From NCBI GenBank assembly GCA_043810355.1, contig JBDROB010000075.1:16565-80564 (forward strand): a stretch of DNA of 64,000 nt, given 5' to 3'. This DNA comes from Candidatus Woesearchaeota archaeon. GTDB lineage: Archaea; Nanobdellota; Nanobdellia; Woesearchaeales; JAGVYU01. Of the stretch, positions 57,946-64,000 are shown piece after piece (positions within the stretch are counted from its first letter, which is position 1; the number at the start of each line of letters is the position of its first letter). The notes beneath the pieces are model-generated. The model saw nothing but the letters and a program-made list of their open reading frames with translations. It did no database searches and was not told the DNA's origin. The translations under genes were made by a program, and so were the position numbers.

Positions 57946-60390
57946 ATGACTAATAAAATTAAAGAAATCAAACAAGATTATGTTTCTAGAGCAACATACA
58001 AGGATTTGGATGCAACTCAAGCAGATGCAATTTATAATGCATTTCAGGCAACAACACATAACAGTGAAGGGAAAAAACTTACTCTTCAAGAAAGAAGAAA
58101 ATCAGTTGCTGACGAATTTGGTGTCAAGTATGGTACTGTCGGAACAGTTGCAAGATACCAAGGAAGAGATTCCTCACAATTAGATAGGTCTGTTTCTCAA
58201 TTATCAGAAACAGATATTGAAAAAGCTCGTCAGAGATATAAACATTCTGATGATTCTGTTGATACAATTTTAGGAGACCTAAATCTTACTGCAAAGGCTT
58301 TTTATTCAGGAGTACTTGAAGGTTTTGATTATAGGAGAAGTGATGATAAGCCTCGTCTGGCAAGGATGGCAAAAGCTCGGCAAAAAGCTAATGGATATAC
58401 CACTTCTCCAGCTGACATAGCTGAAGTTGTTGATGCACCAGAAGATCAGCCTGCTTTCAGATATCTTGCTGAACCTCAAGAAAGTTCTGCTAAACCAGGA
58501 AATCAAACAAAAAGTATAGAATCAAAATCAATTGTTGACTTTAGTTATGATAATCCAGATCAATCTGTTGTTGACACTAGATTAATAGGTCATTTTTTAG
58601 TTTCAAAAGCTGCTTCAGCAGAAAGGCATGGGGATCATGGACCAGAAAGTGGACCAGTAACTCAAGCAAAGCCTTTAGAAGCTGTTGTTGGAGAAGCTAA
58701 TCCAGTTTATGCAGGGGGAAGAGTTCCTGATGATTCATCAAGGTCCAAATATGTTTCTGATGTTAGAACTCCTGAAGTTACAATGCATGCACCAGATGGT
58801 CCAAGAGCTGAGGGAAGAGGTCCTTCTGATGATTCTCATGCTCGAGGTGATGCTAGTGGCCATGATGACAGAGTTATTTTAGGAGAAGATCATAGTTCTA
58901 GACCTGTTGAAGAACCAAGGTATTCAGGCAGTGGCTCAGGAGATGGTTCAGGTGGAGACAGTTCATTACCTCCAGAAAGTACAGAAAGACCAGCCAGAAT
59001 TTGGTATCAAACTTGGAAAGGTAAATTAGTATCAGGTTTGACTGCTGCTGCAATGCTTGCAGTTTCATTTGGTGGCGGATGGTTTGCTCGAGGAATGTAT
59101 AATCCAAGTCAAGCTGCTGCTGGATCTCTAGATCCTGCTCCTATAGCTGCTGAAGCGCCTGAAGTACCTACACATCCATTAGGAGGAGTCATTCCAGGTT
59201 TCCCAGATCCTAATTCAATTGAAGATCATGTAAAAAGCCAATATAATGGAGAAGGTGGATTTGATTTAAGAAAGCACTTATGGGAGACTCTTGTTCCAGG
59301 TTCAGAAGATTCTGGAAGAAAGCCTTATACAGGAAGTTCAGAACAGAATGAGGCATTCTTAATGTTTTTGAGGACTTTGAATCCTGATATGGTTAAGGCT
59401 GCAGTTGCTTCTTACGATGCACCAGAAGAACCTGCTGCTCCAGTTGTCCAACCGGCACCAATACCTGCAGAGAACCCAACTGTAGCACCTGTTGCACAGT
59501 CAGCACCAGCAGCTCCATTGGCAGGTTTCCCAGATCCTAATTCAATTGTTGACTGGCTGACAAGTAATTATAATGATGCTGATCAAGGATTAAGAGCATA
59601 TTTATGGGAAGCTTTTGCTCCTGAACCAATCCAAAGAAGTTTAGGGGATGAATATCAAGGAAGATCATTGACACCTGAACAAAGGCAATTACAAAATAAT
59701 TGGTTACTTGGATTCTTAAAAATGAGAAATGATCAAAGACCTCAAGATATTACTGAAGCGATTGCTGATTATAGTCTTGGAATAGAAAGTGGAGCGCCTT
59801 TAGAGGCTTATGAAGGATCAGGTTCAGAAGAGCAACCAACTCTGGCACCTTTAGAGGAGATTACAGTAGGTGGACCTGCCGAAGTTATTGTTCCTCCAGC
59901 AGTTTTAACTGCAATCCAGATTCAAAATATTGGAGACATGTTTGAGATCCCTTTCAGAGGAACTTCAATTTATAATTTGAGTCAGATTGATTCAAGTGAT
60001 AATAGGCTACCAAGCAATCCAACACCTGTTTCAGCTTTAGTGGGTAACTATGATAGTAATGCTGACGGAAATATTGACAGTGTTGCTGAGTTGAGCACAT
60101 TCATTTTAGGATTGACAACAAGAGGTGGGCTTGATTCCCCTGTTCCAGGTGAGTCAGATGAATCTTTTGTTAGGCTTGTAGCTAATGCTGGTTTTGGACC
60201 AGATGTCGCTTCTCAATTAAGGTCTGCATTAAATACAGAGGAAGTCTCAAATGAAGAATTGAATAGGGCTTCAGAAGTTGCTTTAAGATTAGGGGCTGCT
60301 ATTCAGACAGAGACTCCATTATATGATAATGGCACAGATTTAGTGATTGCAGAACCAGAAATCGCAATTAAATATTTTAATGGATTTTAG
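57946..60390 (+). CDS. Membrane-anchored protein. It has an N-terminal cytoplasmic region with an HTH-like segment, one TM helix, and an extracellular domain with two ~90-aa 'GFPDPNSI' repeats and a dockerin/EF-hand-like Ca-binding loop. GC is higher than the surroundings.
   Basis: 'LTLQERRKSVADEFGVKYGTVGTVARY' HTH-like. TM 'LVSGLTAAAMLAVSFGGGWFA'. Repeats 'GVIPGFPDPNSIEDHV...' and 'APLAGFPDPNSIVDWL...'. 'YDSNADGNIDSVAELSTFILGL'. Confidence 0.55.
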   Translation: MTNKIKEIKQDYVSRATYKDLDATQADAIYNAFQATTHNSEGKKLTLQERRKSVADEFGVKYGTVGTVARYQGRDSSQLDRSVSQLSETDIEKARQRYKHSDDSVDTILGDLNLTAKAFYSGVLEGFDYRRSDDKPRLARMAKARQKANGYTTSPADIAEVVDAPEDQPAFRYLAEPQESSAKPGNQTKSIESKSIVDFSYDNPDQSVVDTRLIGHFLVSKAASAERHGDHGPESGPVTQAKPLEAVVGEANPVYAGGRVPDDSSRSKYVSDVRTPEVTMHAPDGPRAEGRGPSDDSHARGDASGHDDRVILGEDHSSRPVEEPRYSGSGSGDGSGGDSSLPPESTERPARIWYQTWKGKLVSGLTAAAMLAVSFGGGWFARGMYNPSQAAAGSLDPAPIAAEAPEVPTHPLGGVIPGFPDPNSIEDHVKSQYNGEGGFDLRKHLWETLVPGSEDSGRKPYTGSSEQNEAFLMFLRTLNPDMVKAAVASYDAPEEPAAPVVQPAPIPAENPTVAPVAQSAPAAPLAGFPDPNSIVDWLTSNYNDADQGLRAYLWEAFAPEPIQRSLGDEYQGRSLTPEQRQLQNNWLLGFLKMRNDQRPQDITEAIADYSLGIESGAPLEAYEGSGSEEQPTLAPLEEITVGGPAEVIVPPAVLTAIQIQNIGDMFEIPFRGTSIYNLSQIDSSDNRLPSNPTPVSALVGNYDSNADGNIDSVAELSTFILGLTTRGGLDSPVPGESDESFVRLVANAGFGPDVASQLRSALNTEEVSNEELNRASEVALRLGAAIQTETPLYDNGTDLVIAEPEIAIKYFNGF

Positions 60391-60402
60391 CCAGGTGATC
60401 AA

Positions 60403-61779
60403 ATGAAAGGATATGATATGACCAGAAGGGGATTTTTAGCAGCAGCAGCAACTGCATTAGCAGGATGTGCAACAACATATGATCAATCTCAACTATCAGG
60501 ACGACATCCAGTTCCTGGACAGAGAGAACCTACTCCTATAGGAGATCAAGCTTTGTCTTTAGAGGCAAAGATTCCAGAAGGGGATGTTGCAGTTCTTTAT
60601 GATTATGTCAAGGATCACCTTCCAGGTGGAGACAGATATTTTGTTCCGTTCATTGAGCAAGGAATTGCACAAGCCTTTGCAGGTTATGTTCCAGCGCCGG
60701 CAAAAGCTGGAGTAAGAAATATTAATTTTGGAGACAATGAAAGGACTGGTTTTCTTTCAAAACCTGAATCTGCAGCACTTTACACTTATTTGTTTGAGAG
60801 ATTTATGGAAGATGTCCAGCAGGTTGCTCATCTTTCAATTAATCCAGAGAGGACAAATGGTGTTACAGACGTTTTTGTTTATCATAATGGGCCAAGGATG
60901 CCGAGCATTAATTACACTTCAAGAGAAGTGAAAGGTTGGAATAAGAAGACAACTGAGAAAGATACTGTTTACAATTCAATTGATCTTTGTTTTACAAATG
61001 CTGTTGAAGTCAGGCATAAGGTAAGGAATTATAGGGGTCCTGTTGAGTTTTTTATCAATGCAGCTTTGCAGGGATATAATACAACAGCTTCTCTTGGTGA
61101 GCCAATTATTGGTGTCGCTGGTTATACTGCAGGTGCAGCTACAAGAGGGGCATTGACATGGCTTTTCCACAAAAAGGATGAGCAAGATGCATTCTATGAT
61201 GCTAATGTTGATCTTGGTTGGGGTTCCCAGAATCTTGGACCAGCTCAGAAGATGTGGGAGACATTGAGCAATCATAATATGGAAAGCCCAGTTGTCTATC
61301 TGGCGCCTATTGAGTCAAAACCAGGAAGTGTAGATACAATGTTGATGGTTCTTGCAAATAATCCTAATTTTGCAGTACAACCTTTTCCAACACCAAATTA
61401 TGATCCAGAGACTGGAAGAGTCATGGGTATGAATATTGTTTCACCTCCACAGTATGGTGATAATTTTGCAAAGAATCTTGTTATAAGTATGTTGGGAGAA
61501 ATGGCAGATGCATATGTTAGGGGCTTGTTGATTGAAGATTTGATCCTTGATAAGCTTGAGGATGACAAGCAATTGCTGCCTTTTGGAGTTCCGATTCCAA
61601 TTACAAGGATTTTACCTTTGATAATGCCTTTGCCGATTCCATTCTGTCCTAGACCAAGTCCAATGATAGGTGGAGGTTGGTTTGGAGGCGGTGCTTTTGG
61701 AGGAGCAGGTTTAGGTGGAGCTGGACTTTTAGGAGGAGGATTTACTGGTGGAGGAGCGTTAATTCCAGGTCCATTATAA
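60403..61779 (+). CDS. Secreted Tat lipoprotein with a bacterial-type lipobox and a Gly-rich C-terminal tail. Function unknown.
   Basis: 'MTRRGFLAAAATALAGCATT' has the twin-arginine and the L-A-G-C lipobox. C-terminal 'GGGWFGGGAFGGAGLGGAGLLGGGFTGGGA'. Confidence 0.6.
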   Translation: MKGYDMTRRGFLAAAATALAGCATTYDQSQLSGRHPVPGQREPTPIGDQALSLEAKIPEGDVAVLYDYVKDHLPGGDRYFVPFIEQGIAQAFAGYVPAPAKAGVRNINFGDNERTGFLSKPESAALYTYLFERFMEDVQQVAHLSINPERTNGVTDVFVYHNGPRMPSINYTSREVKGWNKKTTEKDTVYNSIDLCFTNAVEVRHKVRNYRGPVEFFINAALQGYNTTASLGEPIIGVAGYTAGAATRGALTWLFHKKDEQDAFYDANVDLGWGSQNLGPAQKMWETLSNHNMESPVVYLAPIESKPGSVDTMLMVLANNPNFAVQPFPTPNYDPETGRVMGMNIVSPPQYGDNFAKNLVISMLGEMADAYVRGLLIEDLILDKLEDDKQLLPFGVPIPITRILPLIMPLPIPFCPRPSPMIGGGWFGGGAFGGAGLGGAGLLGGGFTGGGALIPGPL

Positions 61780-61848
61780 TTTCATTTTTTATTTTCATTT
61801 AATCAAAATAAACAAAATCATAAACAAGACAATAGGGGGGATTTATTT

Positions 61849-64000
61849 ATGAAAAAAATACTATTTATTATGCCATTTTTAGCTGTTCTTTTAGCAGCAA
61901 ATGTTTTTGCAGTAGCGGACATAACATTTAATTTTAATGTCAACAATGTTGAATCAAAGTTCTATACTTGTCTCGACATTAACTGTGATACTGTCAGCTC
62001 AAGTCCATTCTCATATTCTGGATCAACCTCTAATGGGCATATGCTGATCTCATTCCCTTCATGTCTATTGTCCCCATTTGGTTATGCAGGTTATTTCATT
62101 GTCCCAGCTACAAATCCAGCTGATACTGGTTATATACCTATTGAAGGTATTGCTACATTCCACACTTTTTGCAATCCTGGACATGCTTCAGGAAGTGTTG
62201 ATATTGATTTTGACAGAGTTGCAAATTGCGCCTCTACAATTGATGAATTCACAATCACAAATGATCTTTATGCTAATGAGCCTTTGCAGGTTAATGTTTC
62301 TGCTTCATTAGATGCAGCAACTCATTCAGCTTTCCAAGACGCTCATAATAATGTAGGATATATCCCTCTAGCATATAGGGATATCTATTATTCTGCAGAT
62401 ACTACTGTATCTTTGACAATCAAGAAAGATGGTCAGGTTGTTAATCAGCAGATGACTTATTTTGACGCTGCTCATGGTAACCCAATCTTTATGGATGAAG
62501 TTAAAGATGTTGAATATTCATGGGTCCCTGCTGAAGACGGACAATATGAGGCAACTGTAAGGACTGTTGTTACAGACAATCAATGTTCCTCAAATATCCC
62601 TTTGTCATCAAGTAAATTCTTTGGTGTGCTTCCAGGAAGGCCTACAAATGAATGTTACACAATCATTAATGGTTTGAGGACAACTGACCCTTATCCAGTT
62701 GCAGGAGACACTGTAACAGTTGAGTATAACAAGATAAGCAATTATGCTAATCCACAACATGCTTTGACATCAGTTCCTACTGATATTGATTATGAAGTGA
62801 GAAATTCAGCTTATCAGATTATTTTATCTGGTTCAGCTTCACTTCCAGCAAATCCTAATGAAGTTGATCCAACAACACATTCATTCCAATGGGTTGCTCC
62901 TTATGAGGATGTTTTTACAATGGAAGTGGCAGGAACTGCTGACTCACCTCTTTGTGACGGAAAGCCTAATCCAACTGAGACTGCTCAGGAAGAGATTTAT
63001 GTTGCTCCAGCTCCAGTCTATGAGGTTACTTTCATAATCTCAGATGATATGACTGCAGCAAGAATCCAAGGTGCAACTGTTTCATCTAATGGTCAGACAG
63101 CTGTAACTGATTCAAATGGTGTTGCTGTTATCGGTGGATACGTTAATGGTCACTATACATATGATGTTACTCATCCACAATACCTACCAATTGAAGGAGA
63201 ATTTGACATAACAAATGCAGATGCCACTGTTTCAAGAGCTATGCACAAGGCAAATACACCTCCAATTATAACTAATATTCCAGATGTTTCATTCCCTGAA
63301 GACACAGTGCATAATTCTCTGGATCTTGACCTTTATGTTCAGGATGAAGAGGATCTTGATGCTGATCTATCATGGACATCTAATCAATTGCCTAATGTTG
63401 GTGTATCAATCAATCCAACAACTCATATTGTTACATTTACACCTAGTCCAGGATTTAATGGACCAGCAGGAACAGTAACATTCACAGTTCAAGATACAGG
63501 TGGATTAACAGATTCAGATGCAATTTCAGTGACTGTCACTCCTGTTAATGATGCTCCAACAATCAGTGGATTGCCTGATAAGACATTGCAGGAAGATGCA
63601 TCTTTAAATAATGCTTTTAACTTGAATGATTTTGCATCTGATCCAGATCATTCTGATTCTTTATTGACTTACTCTTTGACAACTATAACTAATGGAAATA
63701 AATGTGGAGTTACAATTGATGGGAATGATAATATTGACATAAATCCTGATTTTAATTTTAACGGAATATGTGATGTTACTGTTAGAGTTGAGGATCCTTT
63801 AGGAGCTTCTGACACAGATACTTTTAGAGTTACTGTCACTCCAGTTAATGACGCTCCTGTTATTGGTTCATTACCTGATCAGACTCTTGCAGAAGACACA
63901 ACAAAGCCAAATGCGTTTAATCTTAATAATTTTGCTAGTGATCCTGATAATACTGATGCGCAATTGACTTATACTTTAACATCAGTTTCAAATACTAATC
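61849..64000 (+). CDS. Large secreted surface (adhesin-like) protein, 3'-partial because it runs off the window. It has a signal peptide and tandem Ig/cadherin-like 'VTVTPVNDAP' repeat domains. Not in the ORF track because there is no stop in the window.
   Basis: Manual translation from the ATG at 61849 stays open to base 64000. 'MKKILFIMPFLAVLLAANVFAVAD' signal. Repeats 'VTVTPVNDAPTISGLPDKTLQEDAS...' and 'VTVTPVNDAPVIGSLPDQTLAEDTT...'. Confidence 0.65.
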   Translation, partial: MKKILFIMPFLAVLLAANVFAVADITFNFNVNNVESKFYTCLDINCDTVSSSPFSYSGSTSNGHMLISFPSCLLSPFGYAGYFIVPATNPADTGYIPIEGIATFHTFCNPGHASGSVDIDFDRVANCASTIDEFTITNDLYANEPLQVNVSASLDAATHSAFQDAHNNVGYIPLAYRDIYYSADTTVSLTIKKDGQVVNQQMTYFDAAHGNPIFMDEVKDVEYSWVPAEDGQYEATVRTVVTDNQCSSNIPLSSSKFFGVLPGRPTNECYTIINGLRTTDPYPVAGDTVTVEYNKISNYANPQHALTSVPTDIDYEVRNSAYQIILSGSASLPANPNEVDPTTHSFQWVAPYEDVFTMEVAGTADSPLCDGKPNPTETAQEEIYVAPAPVYEVTFIISDDMTAARIQGATVSSNGQTAVTDSNGVAVIGGYVNGHYTYDVTHPQYLPIEGEFDITNADATVSRAMHKANTPPIITNIPDVSFPEDTVHNSLDLDLYVQDEEDLDADLSWTSNQLPNVGVSINPTTHIVTFTPSPGFNGPAGTVTFTVQDTGGLTDSDAISVTVTPVNDAPTISGLPDKTLQEDASLNNAFNLNDFASDPDHSDSLLTYSLTTITNGNKCGVTIDGNDNIDINPDFNFNGICDVTVRVEDPLGASDTDTFRVTVTPVNDAPVIGSLPDQTLAEDTTKPNAFNLNNFASDPDNTDAQLTYTLTSVSNTN

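Noticed and set aside
62078-62311. 77-aa ORF on the + strand.
   Set aside because: It lies in an alternative frame inside the long open adhesin reading frame.

Overview
This window is AT-rich (about 30% GC) and archaeal in character: archaeal ribosomal proteins (L18e) and RNAP subunits (RpoD/Rpo3, RpoN), an RNase P RNA, Sec61beta, NAC and AglB. The lineage looks like a small-genome archaeon, possibly DPANN-like, but lineage cannot be established from sequence alone.

Layout:
1. 1-2.8 kb: the 3' part of gyrA, interrupted by an intein at the canonical Tyr/Thr (gyrA-a) site, with a long Asn/Asp-rich C-terminal tail.
2. 2.9-7.5 kb: a THUMP-type RNA methyltransferase, RNase P RNA with its own TATA box, an unlisted Sec61beta ORF, NAC-alpha, three small HEPN-like proteins, a MinD/ParA ATPase and a membrane protein.
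3. 7.5-12.2 kb: a candidate SRP RNA, then the conserved S13-S4-S11-RpoD / L18e-L13-S9-RpoN operon. A type-II tRNA-Leu(GAG) with a roughly 40-nt non-canonical intron in the T-arm sits between RpoD and L18e.
4. 12.6-56.5 kb: one very large surface-glycosylation island. It holds the oligosaccharyltransferase AglB (WWDFG motif), six GT2 Dpm1-like synthases, at least five GT-C (ArnT/PMT_2-like) membrane glycosyltransferases and two flippase types. It also holds a WbpB/WbpE/WbpD-like diacetamido-sugar trio, several epimerases/dehydratases and a B12-radical-SAM enzyme. Most unusually for an archaeon, it carries ADP-heptose pathway enzymes (HldE kinase and adenylyltransferase as separate genes, GmhB) plus three GT9 heptosyltransferases.
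5. 57.9-64 kb: a compositionally distinct, higher-GC segment. It encodes a membrane-anchored protein with an N-terminal HTH-like domain and an extracellular domain with repeats and a dockerin-like loop, a bacterial-style Tat lipoprotein, and the start of a giant VNDAP-repeat adhesin that runs off the window.

No CRISPR array, transposase or integrase was seen.
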